Made by a program: the position numbers and the translations under genes. From assembly GCF_963506605.1 (NCBI RefSeq), contig NC_083294.1, positions 37,944,001-38,008,000 of the forward strand: a stretch of DNA of 64,000 nt. The letters run 5' to 3'. Under the pieces are notes generated by a model that worked only from the letters and a program-made list of their open reading frames with translations, made no database searches and was not told the DNA's origin. This document shows positions 11,573 to 24,772 of the stretch, one piece after another; the first letter of the stretch is position 1; every line of letters starts with the position of its first letter. This stretch comes from Zootoca vivipara. Lineage: Eukaryota.

Positions 11573-14500
11573 ATGAAGGAAGACAAGGAGAACGCGCGGC
11601 CGAAGGAGAAGCGAGGGGTTCCCGTCACCCCGACCGGTGGGGTGGGAGCGGCGGCGGCGGACGCCAAGGCGGGAGGAGAACCGGACAGGCTGGATCGGCC
11701 GAAGGACAAGAAAGAGATCCTGAGCAAGGTGCGCAGAGAAGCTCCCCGCTCGGGGCCCGTCGGGGTCGGGGTCCCGCGGCAGGTGGGGCGCATTTCCTTT
11801 GCGCTGGGCTGGACTCGGCGGGGCCGAAAGCGCCTTGCTGCGCATCGTCGCCCCGTGGCGTCAGCCTCCCTCTTGCTCGTGGACTTCAAACGCAAAAAAT
11901 ATTCCCGTGCGGTTTCCCCCAGCCGTGCATGGAGAACTAGGCTCTTCGCTTCTCCTGACGCGGTGGCTTTTTTCTCCTTAATCCGCAGGTTGGGGGGGGG
12001 GGGAGAGAAGGTGCGGGAACACTTTTAAGTCGCAAGGTTTCAAAAAAAAAAGAGGGTGCGCGTGCGTGCGTTATTCCCCTACCATCGCACAAACTTTGCT
12101 GACTGCCACCACCATCACCTGCAGCCTGAAATGGCTGTGTGAGTATCTGTCTGTACCCCGAGAGACGATGGAGCGCCTGGGGTGATGTCAAAGTGCTGCA
12201 TTTAGCAGCACCCAAGTAACCTCCCTGGGTCACAGCAAGCCTGGGCATTGTGCACCTAGGCTTCACCGCTGACTCGCTGGTCCAAAGGAAAGCAGAGCAA
12301 GACGTTTGCTACCAGCTTGGCTGCAGAAGTTGTGGGAAGGAGGCATACAACCCCACTCCAGATTTGTGTAGGGCTTTAGCCTTTTCTTCTTCTGAAGTTC
12401 TCCCACAAGGCAGAGAGCAGGTTTAGGATCGGAGTTTTTCTGCTCCTATGGTAGATGGGCTCCCTTCCCAGGTTGATGAGCCCCATCTGCCCCTCGCTTC
12501 CTTCTACAGCATGTTCAGAAACTGCCTTCTTGAATATTGGATCCACTATTGGTCTCGTCCACCAAATCTGCTGGAGCCTGTCTTCGTCCCAAACTCACCA
12601 AGGGTTTGCCCTCACCTGGTTTAGCTGGCCTATACCAGACGTGGTCCAGAACAGGGGTTTTCTTTTCAGTTCTGCTCATTGTATTAACTGGCCTTAAATT
12701 GCATCATTTTTTAATCTCTGTTTTGATCAACCTCTCTTATTAGGGAACACTCACATTCTGGTCACCAAAGAGCATTAATACTTGCCATGCATTACTATTC
12801 AGTAAATAATTGGTGTGCAAAAATGTTTTTCAGTTGTAATGAACATGATGCAACAGACTGGTTGAAAGATTACGTAGGAAGCTGCCTTGTACTGATTAAC
12901 GTTATTGGCCTATCGAGTTCAGTCTTCTCTGTGCTGACTGGCAAGTGGCTCCACCAGTATGTCAGATAAGATTATTTTCCATATCTACCTGGGGATGCCA
13001 GGGATTAAACATGGAATCTTTTGTGTACAAAGCATGTAGTCTAGTGAATGTGTGTGTGCGCGCGTGTGTTGGTGTATATACGAGTGTGGATCAAAAAAAC
13101 TATAGCCATGGAAAAACATCAGACTCTTGTAGGACAGTTCAGCATTTTTTCTTTACTTTACTTGAAGGAATTTATTACACAGAGATTTACATGCCAGAAG
13201 AGCATGGGCTGCAGAGAAGCTGGTTTATTATGAAATCTCTGGTAGAAATGTGACCATATCTAAGGTGTTTTCCTTTGTTTTGAAATACCTTGGTTGTCAA
13301 ACTTAATCCGGTCCAGGAATCCGTTCAACTCCTGGAACACTTCGAAAACCAAGGTGTTGCTTCCAATTGGCTGCAGGAACTTCCTGCACTCAATCAGAAG
13401 CTGCGCCGGACATTTGGCTTCCAAAGAACATTCGCAAACCGGAACACTCACTTCCAGGTTTGCAGTATTCAAGAGCTGATTTGTTCGACAACTAAGTCGA
13501 TTGTATAATACACCTAGTTTTTGTAAACAGATGCAAATTTTTCTTTAAGGTAGTGATTCGACGCCTGCCTCCCAGCTTGACCAAGGAACAGCTTGAAGAA
13601 CATCTCCAACCTTTGCCTGAACATGACTATTTTGAATTCTTTGCTAATGACTCCAGGTAAAAGGAACTATAAGCATTTGGCTGTGCTTCATGTAACAATG
13701 TCATGTCATAAATGTCTTTCTGTTTTACACCCGTCTGTGTTGTGTATATTTACAATCATCACTCAGCGACGTTTCCTTATACATTGCCATTTTCTGTCCT
13801 TCTGCAGTTTGTACCCTCACATGTTTTCCAGAGCATACATCAACTTTAAAAACCAAGAAGACATTGTTCTGTTCAGGGATCGCTTTGATGGTTATGTTTT
13901 TGTTGATCACAAAGGCAAGTAAGCCTAAAACTTGGTTCTGTATATCATATCTGCTTTAAAACATGTTGGCATACATTTATACAGTGATTAAACTGTAATT
14001 CTGGTAAACCCATGCATTTATTACTTGACTCAAGATTTCAAAGGACAGCTTATAGACCAATTCAGTGCATTATAATGTGGTAGTGGGTACCTTTGATTTT
14101 AGTGCAGTTCATCTCAAAATAAGCTTTCTTGAACAGCCCATTCCTAAGCACACTTTCTTAAAAGTAAATTTCACAAGCAGCAGTTGAACATGCTTCTGAA
14201 TAAGTACACTTAGGATTGTAGTGTGCATCAATAATAGGGACCCTGTGGTGTTCCAGATGTTGTTAAACAACAACTCCCAGACCCATGATAATTGGCCATC
14301 TCTGCTTCAGTTTGTGGGAGTCCAACAACATCTGGGGAGGTTCATAGTACCCTATCCCTTGTCTAAATCCTATCTTCCGCTGTACTGAGGCTCTACCTTA
14401 ATCTGCTAATTAGGGATAGCTGCTGCTTTGCACTGCATAAGCAGATGGTTTTGGGTGTGGCGAAGAAGCACAGCTAGTGCCACATTTGTGTAGTGGATCT

Positions 14501-17500
14501 AGAGAGACCCAAATCCTTTTTATGGATTTGTAATGCACACATAATTTCTTGTAATAATAACTTTAATTGTACTGACATGCAAAACAGAGTTCATTAGCTC
14601 TGCGTGGTATGGGATGCTGCTTTAGCATTCTCTACTTGAGCAACAGTAGCTGAAATGGCACTCTAGAATAATAGAATTATATTAGTTTGATGGCTTACCC
14701 TTCTTCATACTGCCAATTCTTCCCCTCTACTGTTTCTGATAGAATAGTCTCGTGTTTGCTTTTGAATGACCAAACAAGTAGCTTTCATATAATGATTAAA
14801 AAAATTTAAAAAATATGATCCAATTTGCCAGTGCGTAAAATGTATCAAAACTATTTTGTAGTTTTAGGGCCAGTTTACTTGTTTTCCCAGGTGAGCAGGA
14901 TATAAACCATAGTAATGGCTTTGGGTAGCAATGGAGGTATTTTCTCCAATTGGCTGCTGTTGGGCAGCTCATGTCGGGCAAGAAATGAGTTTTGTGACAC
15001 TGGTGTCTGAAAACATTATCTTGATTGTGGGGTTTCTTGGTTTTGAGGCATAGTTCCCCCCCCAAAAAAATGTTAAATTCTTAACATTTTTGTCATTGTC
15101 TTTAATATTTTTACATATGAACAGGTCTGGAATATCCTGCTGTAGTGGAATTTGCACCGTTTCAAAAAGCTGCCAAAAAGAAGAATAAGAAAAAGGATGC
15201 CAAAGCTGGGACCATTGAAGATGGTGAGTAGTAGCAGTTGCTGCTGTCATTCGATGAAAATACTTCCAGTGTAGGGTTTCATTCACTTCCATGAGCCATC
15301 CCAGAGTGATTTACAATACAATAAAAACATACAAAGAGCAATCAGAGTTTTAAACAACACTACGTACATAAAATCAATTCATAATGTGTTTGAGGCAAAG
15401 CTTCTTAGATACAGGCCACCAGCATACCATGGTATTGCTCTGCTTCTCCCCACATGCCCTAATTTTTCTTCTTTCTCATGCCTAGAGCATTTTACTAACC
15501 TTGACGGGGGTAATTCTTTTCACTTGCTAGGTTTAATTCCGTACAGTCTACTCTGTTGATGGTCTCATGGCGGAAATTCCTGCAGCAGGATGTCAATGTC
15601 TGTATAGGTCCAATGAAGTAGGAAATTGGACTTGATGTATTTTTAGTGCAGTTCTTGCAGCGGCTTGTCCACTTCTTGTACCTTATCTGGGCAGATCTTT
15701 GAAAGGTGTGGGCCATTTTTCTATTAGCAGATACTAGGCATTATATTGCCGGGGGGGGGGCGAGGAGCACAATTTATTGCAGCTGCCGTTAAAACCAATT
15801 GAAAATTGACAACAGAATATACAGTCTCCCTGAGACAATAGCAAATTATCTATTTTGAAGTATGCATGCTTTTCTGGTTAACTCTGTAAGCTGTGTGTAG
15901 CTGATCATTTACTTACAATGAACTTTGATTTGAAAATGGTTTCAGAATAAGAATTAAGTGACTACGGTTGCCATGCAGTGCATGCTTACCTTGGAGTAAG
16001 AACACTGTTGGTCTTACTGTATTGTCAGTTGAACAGGCATAGTAGGATTGGCATGCTAGAATAGGGTTTCAAGCAGTATTGATTGTGCTTATGGCGCAAG
16101 CCAAAGTATGTTGCTGTGTTCAGTAGTGTCAATAGCATTACAGCCAAAAGTACTGGCAACTCGTTAAAGAATTGGGAGTTCATTTGAGGACTTTGTATAT
16201 GGTCATGTCAGTCCAGGATATGCAAGCTGATACAAAAGATATATTCAGCATCTCAACAAAAAAAACCTTAGTTTTAGTGATGTAATAAAAGTGATCTAAT
16301 AAGTTTGAGAACACTCCTAAGAAGCTGTTGCCTTGATACAGATTTTAAATCTTGTGATCAAAGTGACCTATTGTATGTCAGAAGTTCATATGCTGCAGTT
16401 AATGGCAATAAAGGTAAAGGTAAAGGGATCCCTGGCTGTTAGGTCCAGCCGCGGACACCTCTGTGGTTGTGGCGCTCATCTCGCTTTATTGGCCAAGGGA
16501 GCCGGCGTACAGCTTCCAGGTCATGTGGCTAGCATGACAAAGCTGCTTCTGGCAAACCAGAGCAGCGCATGGAAACGCCGTTTACCTTCCCGCCGGAGTG
16601 GTACCTATTTATCTACTTGCACTTTGACGTGCTTTTGAACTGCTAGGTTGGCAGGAGGAAGGACTGAGCAACGGGAGCTCACCCTGTCACGGAGATTTGA
16701 ACCACCAACCTTCTGGTCAGCAAGCCCTAGGCTCTGTGGTTTAACCCACAGTGCCACCCGCGTCCCTTGTCATTTATTTATGTGATCTAATAATGTTACA
16801 CAGTATTGCCGTTAACCATTATTGAGGGTATTACCACACTTTCTATTCACAGTCTGGTTATTCTATTATTCTGTCTGGTTATTAGGGGGAATTTAATGTT
16901 TGGTTGGTGCACATTTATTTGCTGATGTGTAAAGAGCCGTTTGACAGCACAAACCTCTGCATGTCTACCTGGAAGTAAAGTCCATTGAATTTAATGGGGT
17001 AGGCTCCCAGTTAAGAATGTATAGAAGTGCACCCTAGGTTGCATTTTACGGGTAGATAGAAACAATGGAAACAACCTTAGGGCATATATCTAACATGACA
17101 GCTGGAGGTCTTGTTTCTGTTAGCTTTACATGTTATGTACCATTTTTAAGTGCATATATTTATGGTTCTTACTCTTTGGTTCCTCATCAGATCCAGAATA
17201 TAAGAAGTTTTTGGAAAACTACAGTGCTGATGATGAAAAATTAACATCCACTCCTGAGACATTGCTGGAGGAAATAGAGGCAAGAAACAAAGAATTAATA
17301 GGTATAAAAAGTATTGTTACACAGCATATAGTTACAGAGCATAGTGTGGCAGTGCCTAATCTTTGGAACTCCCTGCCTATTGAGACCAAGCAGGCACTTT
17401 CACTGCACCCTTTTCAGCACCTGCTAAAAATACTGTTGTTTAGACAAGTCTAGGGCTTGGTGACCAGAAGGTCGGTGGTTCAAATCCCCGCAACGGGGTA

Positions 17501-20500
17501 AGCTCCCTTTGTTCGGTCCCAGCTCCTGCCAACCTAGCAGTTTGAAAGCACGCCAGTGCAAGTAGGTAAATAGGTGCCGCTCTGGCGGAAAGGTAAACGG
17601 CGTTTCCGTGCGCTGCTCTGGTTCGGCAGAAGTGGCTTAGTCATGATGGCCACATGACCCGGAAGCTATACGCCGGCTCCCTCGGCCAGTAAAGCGAGAT
17701 GAGTGCTGCAACCCCAGAGTTGTCCGCAACTGGACCTAACTGCCAGTGCTACCTTTACCTTTACCTAGAGGATTAGAAAGTTGAAGTAGTTTTAATCTGT
17801 TTTAGTATTTTAACTTTTTAATGCTTTAAAGTATGGTTGTGATTTTTTCATTCTTTACTGTTTTACCTTAAAAAAATCAATTACTATTTTTTGGAATAGT
17901 AATAAGTAATAATAATATGATCTAATTTATTTGAGGATGTATATGATCCAGCCGGCTCTTTTGAACCATGCTGTTCTTAAGAGCATATGAAGCATGTGTC
18001 ATACCATTTACCATGCCGTTATGATAAAAAACTTTTTCTGAAAATTATATTTAAAAACTGCAGATTATTATTATTATTTAAATTTATTAGACATATTCTC
18101 TTGCTTCAGGCAACTGAAGGTGTCTTTACAATAACAAATACTATTCATTAAAACCAAGGGGGCATTAAACACATACACACACTTCCCACTTTAAAAGCCT
18201 TAGATTGTTAACAGCCAGTTGGTTGAAGTTTAATGTTTTGCCTAGCACCTAAAGATACCGTATGTAACGAAGCTGCCAGGCCAGCCTCACTCGGGAGAGT
18301 ATTCCAAAAAATAGGGAGCCACCACAGAAAAGGCCCACTTTTGTCTTCCCACCTTCCGAATCTCTCATGGAGGGGCACACACAGAAGGGCTTCAGATGAC
18401 GATTTCTGGGTCCATCTCTGTTCATATTGGGAGAGGGGGTTCTAGAGGTATCGGGGTCCTGAGCTGCATAAGACTTTATATGTGAAAACCAGCTCTCTAT
18501 TTTTTTAAAAAAAAAATATTTTAACAGCATGTTCCTTTGCTGTTATAGGTGTTTGTAAAAGGTTTGATGATGAGAAAACCAGCTCTTTGAACTGGGCCTG
18601 GAAGCTAAGTGGTAGCCAGTACAATCAGGCCAGAATTGGTGCTGACAGGGTAGACATGGCGAGGAACCTTGCCGCCAGATTCTGCACCAGCTGAAGTTTC
18701 TGAATCATTTTCAAAGGCATCCCCACATATAATGCATTGCAGTAATCTAAGCTAGAAACCAGTTACCAGAATGCAGACAACAGGCTATCCATGTCCAGAT
18801 AGGCTCCACCAGCTGGAGCTGATGAAAGGCACTCAGTATCACTGAGGTCACCTGAGCCTGAAGCAACAGCACTGAATCCAGAAGTATCCCTAAGCTACAT
18901 ACCTGCTCTTTCAGAGGGGGTGTAACCCCATCAAAAGCAAGCCACCCCTCATCCACCCAGTCTAGTCAGCTGCCCACTACCAGTGTCTCAGACGTATCTG
19001 GAACGAGCTTCAGTTTATTGGTTTTCATTTATTCCACTACTGAGGCAAGACATGAATCCAGCCTATTCACTGCCACACCTGCAGATGTAAAGGAGAAAAA
19101 GAACTGAGGGTATTTAGCACTAGCAGTTTAGCAGTTTAGCATTACGCCAAAACCCTGAACTCTGGTTAATTTTAACTGTGATTGTTAAATCACAGGCCAG
19201 CCTCATGAACAAGAGTTTGAAGTTTGCTTGTTTCAATTAATCTTGGTTGAGGCTAATCACTTGATGAATTGCAACTTGTCACCATATTCAACACGTAAGC
19301 GAAAGCTTCCAAACTCCTCTTCTGTGAAGGTTGAGAAAGGAAGGCTGAGACATGCTACAGCTCACCCTCATAAATTGCCATTATCTGAAAACTGATACAA
19401 TAAAAAGCTGGAATAGCCTGTAACAAGATATCATAATGGGGTGCAACTGAACAAAGTTCAACATATTAATAGTAAGGTTTATTCAATTAAGGAATGCAGG
19501 TTTTTAGAGCACAAAAATTGACTCCCTGGCAGAGGAGCCTTTTCAAACCCATATCAAATTCTTGTGCATGTTTTACTTGGATTATATGGATTTACTACCT
19601 AAGCAATTGCATCAAATTGCAGTTGGACAGAGCTATGCCTTTGACAGTAGTGAGGGAAGATCTTAATTTAGTTAGATACATGAAGATAGGCAGCATTTTT
19701 ATTTCCCCATACGGAAACACCAGAAAAGAATTGTTGTCTCAGCATAACTATATGTATTTGTACTACATTTTGATGAGTTTTGGTTATACATAATTTCAGT
19801 TTTGTTTTATAACTTACAATTTTCATATGAATATTCTTCTTGCATTATTTCCACAAATAAAGTGTTAAAATAAATACAAAAGCATTTTCTTTTACATTCT
19901 TTAGCAAAAAAAACAACTCCTCTGTTGAACTTCTTGAAGAATAAACAGGTAACAATTATTTCAGAGCAGCCTGCTTAATTATGTTGGCATTTTTGAATAT
20001 GTGAATGCTGTCCAATAATCTCATGGCAGTAATGAGTGAGATTGAAAGGTCTGTTATTGGATCGTGTTATGTGTACATTGGCATTTCCAGCTTTCTTTGG
20101 AAGAGGCTACCAGGGTGAAATGAATGTTTTAAAAATCATTATTCCCACAGGTGTCCTAATGCAGCAGCTCTGAATTTTGCATAATTTCAGAATATATGTT
20201 TTGGGGTAAAGGTGTCATAAGGCGTCTAATAAAAATATTCAGATATTGAATATTCAAATATTCAAAAACTTTACCAATTGTTATTTAACAATTGGTTACT
20301 CTGGAACAATTGTAACTGTGAAGCAAAGTCATCTTTAGAGACACAGGGGGGCAAGTGGGGTGGGGGGTGGGGCGACCGTGTAATAGGATATACTCGGTGT
20401 TTCCTAGCCCCTTGATAAAAACTGCAATAGGAAAAGATATGCAAGAGAGACTCCACCTCAGCATTGTTACAGGGGCAGCATTTTTTGTTCTTCAGCATTT

Positions 20501-23500
20501 TACTATAGAATTGTAGAGTTGGAAGGGACACCAAGGGTTAACTAGGCCAACCCGTTGCAATGCAAGAATCTCAACACATGGTTCCCCATTTAATTTGAAA
20601 CCATACTAGACCCTGCTTAGCTTTGCAAATGTGCTAGCAGTTTTATTGCCATCTAATAAATTCGAGGGAAGAACATTAAACCTTGCCAGAGAGAATACTT
20701 CCTAGGTTTAAGGATTGTTTACCAACCCAAGTATGGCATTCCATCTTTATAAAGGTTCATGGGGAACAGAGTACCTTTGCAGCTCCTTGAAGTTCTTGGA
20801 GATTTATATCTGAAATCGTCTGTTAAAATTTTTATTTGACATCCTTAGATCCATGGTTAATAGGTTGGAGAGTGATAGGTTATGTTGTCGGGTAAAGGTA
20901 ATGATTGTTATTACAGTGCTCAAATAAAATCTTAATTATATTTGTGATCTTATAACTTCTTAATCCATATGCAGAAATGTTCCTAGTGCTATATGCCAGT
21001 AGCCAATTGGATAGCTCAGTTGGTTAGAGCATGGTGGTGATAATGCCAAGGTTGCAGGTTCAATCCTTGTACGGGACAGCTGCATTTCCCTGCATTGCAG
21101 GGGGTTGGACTAGATGATCCTCAGGGTATCTTCCAGCTCGATGATTCTATGATTTACCACCCATTCACTCAGTTTGGAGCTTTTGGAGCAGTTTATGATG
21201 CAACAGCTCTCCTGTCCCAACATAAAGACTTGGCTTTGGTCTCACTACATCTTTCCCCCCCTCTTACAGCGGCTTAGAGAAGAAAAACGAGAGGAGAGGA
21301 GGCGGAGAGAACTAGAGAGGAAAAGACAACGAGAAGAAGAAAGAAGAAAATGGAAAGAGGAAGAAAGAAGGAAAAGGAAAGAAGCCGAAAAAACAAAGAA
21401 AGTGGAGCGATGCCCAGAAAAAGAAAGGGACAAATTAAAGGATGAACCAAAGATTAAGGTATCCCTTCATTCCTGTAGGATGCATTGGCCCTATGGTGTT
21501 TTTGTATGCACACTCGTGAAATACAAGAGCAATTTTGCATTTGGCTTTGTATAAAGTGTGCTCTCTTTTTGCATGCACACAGTTATTTGAGGTTGCAATC
21601 CTATGCATGCTTGGGACTAAGTTATACTGACTTAAAGTATTATAGAATAGTACTCAGTTCTGCACAGCATGTGTTTTGAAGGCACTGTATAAACAAACAG
21701 TGGTGACAAGTTCTTATTTATTGCACTAGAAGCTAGCCGTAGCAATCTCTTGAGAATAAAAAGCAGAACGTAGAATAAGGCCTTTATCCTATACTATTAA
21801 GCCTGAGAGTAAACACCACTGGACTCAGTGGGATGTGTGCTCAGAAGTATTGGATTGCATTGGGGGGGGGGTGGAATTAAAAAGCAAAGTTCTGGTAAGT
21901 GATAAGAAACAGTGAATCACGGAAATAGCTAGTTACATAATGCTAATATATTTACTCTTGTATTATGCACCAGGCAGCCCCCTTGCCTTTCAGTGCAGAC
22001 TAGCATCCTAGCACAGTTAGCGGCAGAATTAACTTAGTAAGGAAAACTAAATTTGTTCTCTTCCTAGCTACTTAAGAAGCCAGAAAAAGATGAAAGAGAG
22101 TTTGAAAAAAAAGAAAAGGCCAAGAAACCGGAGAAAGAGAGTCTGAGGGAGGAAAAGGCAGCAAGTGCGACCAGCAGTATGCCAGCCAGGCGCTCCGATG
22201 GGGAGGCTAAGGAGGAGAAGTACAAAAAGTTAGTGCTTTCATTTCAGTACATATCCTTATTTCTCAGAATATGATTATTAATTAGGCTGCCTCGTACCAG
22301 ATCTGCTTTTAAATTATATTGTTTACTAGTGTTCCAGATTAGAACTGTGGCGGGACCACTTTTTGGTCTTTCCAGTCTTTCTCGCAGTTCCAAATGGCTG
22401 AAGAGCAGATGGTCAGTTATGCAGCTCAGTTAGGGGCCCTTCACATATTAGAATTTAATTATTTTTAAGTATGCTTCTCAAAGTGTAAACTGTGAAAGGC
22501 GAAGTGTTACAAATGCCAGAGAACTAGGATTGACTGCTGTTGAATTTAAGTTCAGCTGCAAAGCTGGGTTTGTTGCCGCATGAAGCGTGAGAAACAGCCT
22601 TGAGAATTCCTGGTTTCTGAGACCTTTTAGTAAATAGCCTTGTGTTGCCTTTGGCTGTGGCTTTCAATAAATGTACATTAGTTGATACTTGGTTAGAACA
22701 CTTTCTAAATCTTGTAGAAAGTTGCATGGCAGTATAGTGGTGATAGGCCTTCATTTTACTGTGTTCTCGCTGGATTGAATCTCCCAAGTCCCTTTTCATG
22801 CAGATTGGAAGATGACTGTGGAAAAGACTATAGAGAAAGAGAGAGAGAATATGACCGAGACAGAGAATATGAGAGAATGCAAAGAGAAAGAGACAAACTC
22901 CGACGTCAAGAAGAAGAGAGAAGGAGGCAGAAAGAGCGCTTTGAGAAAGAGAAGGTTTTTAGAAGAAAGGAGGAAGATGTGAAAAGGGAAAGAGACTCAT
23001 TGCGAGAGAAAGGGAAGAGAGCTGAATTGGCAGAGTACGTGGGCAATGCGGAGAAATCCGAGAAAGTAACCAAAGAGGACAAAAAAGAAGATATGGCTAA
23101 GAGGGATCGCATTAGAAATAAGGTACTGATTGATTCTGTAATGAAATCATTGTTCCTTGTTAGGCTGTGGGTGTATGAAGCTTTTTATTATAGACACAGA
23201 ATGTTTAAAAAATATGACTCCATCTAAGGACATTACAAAATAAAGTTTATTTGTAGTACAACTTATTTCCAACTGGGAATTGCATAGGATTGCAATTACA
23301 GGCTTGTAGGAATGATTGACTTGCTTATCTAGTAAGTGACATTTATCTTCTGCTCTTTTTTTTTTTGCAAGATGTTCAGGAGTAGCACTTGTGGAGCAAT
23401 CCCATATATTGCCCTTAACCAAAAGCCCTGGTCACCTGGTGAACTTCAAGGCGGGGGGTGGGTGGGTGGTGGGGTTGGACCTATATCTCTGTTCTGGGTC

Positions 23501-23696
23501 TGGTACTCTTTCACTATTATGCATCACAGCTTTATGTATTCTTAATTTTAAGGATCGCCCGGCCATGCAGCTCTACCAACCAGGAGCTCGGAATCGAAGT
23601 CGTTTGTCAGGCTATGACGAAAGCTCTGCAAAGTCGCCCGATCAAGGAGTGGATAAGAAGCAGGAGTGCGAGACCAGTAACACAAAAGAAGAGTGA
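11573..23696 (+). CDS. UPF3B: Regulator of nonsense transcripts 3B, 478 aa
   Basis: Exons 11573-11728, 13550-13656, 13808-13914 (GC donor), 15125-15223, 17191-17301, 19905-19948, 21270-21458, 22068-22228, 22804-23122, 23553-23696 join into a 1437-nt ORF. RRM-like VVIRRLPP...RAYINF...YPAVVEFAPFQK, charged coiled-coil region and EJC-binding RIRNKDRPAMQLYQPG. AATAAA at 24548-24553. Confidence 0.97.
13280..13505. mobile_element. Degraded Tc1/mariner (Tigger-like) MITE just upstream of UPF3B exon 2
   Basis: Ends resemble the TIRs of the 48595-49011 element (TACCTTGGTTGTCAAAC ... GTTCGACAACTAAG...TGTA). Confidence 0.55.
16410..16766 (-). mobile_element. Sauria SINE, near full length
   Basis: (AAAGGT)n tail at the left end and GGGACGCGGGTGGCACTGTG head at the right end (minus strand). 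Confidence 0.9.
17452..17766 (+). mobile_element. Sauria SINE
   Basis: B-box-like GGTTCAAATCC and (ACCTTT)n tail. Confidence 0.88.
18190..19100 (-). mobile_element. Old LINE (L2-like) fragments
   Basis: Degraded RT C-terminal-like peptide (FDGVTPPLKEQVCSLGILLDS...); related stretches recur at 49940-50230, 51260-51470 and 59330-59690. Confidence 0.6.
21000..21152 (+). mobile_element. tRNA-derived SINE with CR1-type 3' tail
   Basis: A-box TAGCTCAGTTGG and B-box GGTTCAATCC, followed by GGGGTTGGACTAGATG...GATTCTATGA CR1 tail. Confidence 0.8.
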
Positions 23697-24596
23697 CAAG
23701 TGTTGTGCTTCCTCACTGACCTAGCAGCCAAAGAGCTTTAACTGTGTAGTCCAAAAGTGCCTTGTAGAAAAGAGGAGGAAATAAAAGGGGGAACAGTACT
23801 TTTGGATGTATCTGGTTTCAGGTCCTCGTTGCAGATTTGGGGACTCGGGCTTGGGCATTCTCAGTACATTTTCAGTTGTGGGAGGTGGTGGCAGCAAGAC
23901 CACAAGGGGGATAAAACTTCCATCTCTGAGGAGCAGAAAGGCCTTGTCACCCTAAAATAGGCCAAGTGGCTGCCCAGAATGAGTACTGTCTTTCAGATAA
24001 AAGCCACAAACCAGTATTTGCACTTAACATACAGCCATGTTGGAGCCTCATGTTTGTTCAAGTGTTAAATGTCTTTTATCACTGTGCTGTGTGGAGTGTG
24101 GTCTTCTGACCTGTTCCATTCACTGGAGGTAGGGTGGGAAAGTCCAACATAATCTTGGTACTGAAAACATCTTTTTGTCTGGTGTGCTGCTTGTAGCCGA
24201 CTGCAAAATGAATTTTCAGAAGAAGGCGTGAATGCTAATATTTTTCTTTGTTCTTTCACTTAAAATTTGTATTGCTTGAAGGGAAATTAACTTCGACATA
24301 GGAAATGTGTTTTTTTTTTACACATGTCTTTAAAGTCCAGATATAGATGTACTGTATATTGAAGGTAGCTGCATAGTCCTCAACAGTCCCTGCATTCAAC
24401 CTTCCCTTGTTTCCTGGTATCTCATAGGAAAAATGACCCATCTTAATTGTGTATTGTTTTTGCCGAAGCTGTAGAGCATCTGGCAACCCAGGAAAGTTTT
24501 GCTAAGAGTTTTACCTCCTCTTTGTGGCAGTACTCTATTTGATACTTAATAAAACTCTATGAAGTAGCATTTAAAATCGCTTGTTACGTTTTTTTA

Positions 24597-24772
24597 TGGA
24601 GGGCACAAGGAGAAGGGGACAACAGAGGACAAGATAGTTGGACAGTGTTATCGAAGCCACCAACATGAGTCTGACTATACTGCGGGAGGCAGTGGAAGAC
24701 AGGAGTGCCTGGCGTGCTCTGGTCCATGGGGTCACGAAGAGTCGGACATGACTAAACGACTAAACAACAAGA
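24597..24772 (+). mobile_element. BovB 3' end fragment just downstream of the UPF3B polyA signal
   Basis: Matches the BovB 3' end; (CAA)n tail; TTTTTTATG on both flanks. Confidence 0.88.

Noticed and set aside
11206-12028. Long overlapping ORFs (206-229 aa) at the UPF3B 5' end
   Set aside because: Artefacts of GC-rich sequence; only 11573-11728 matches UPF3B and ends at a GT donor.
21000-21075. tRNA gene
   Set aside because: Degenerate stems and a fused CR1-type tail identify it as a SINE head.
21459-22067. Equivalent of the 39-nt alternative exon of human UPF3B
   Set aside because: No convincing in-frame segment with good splice sites; the flanking exons join in phase without it.
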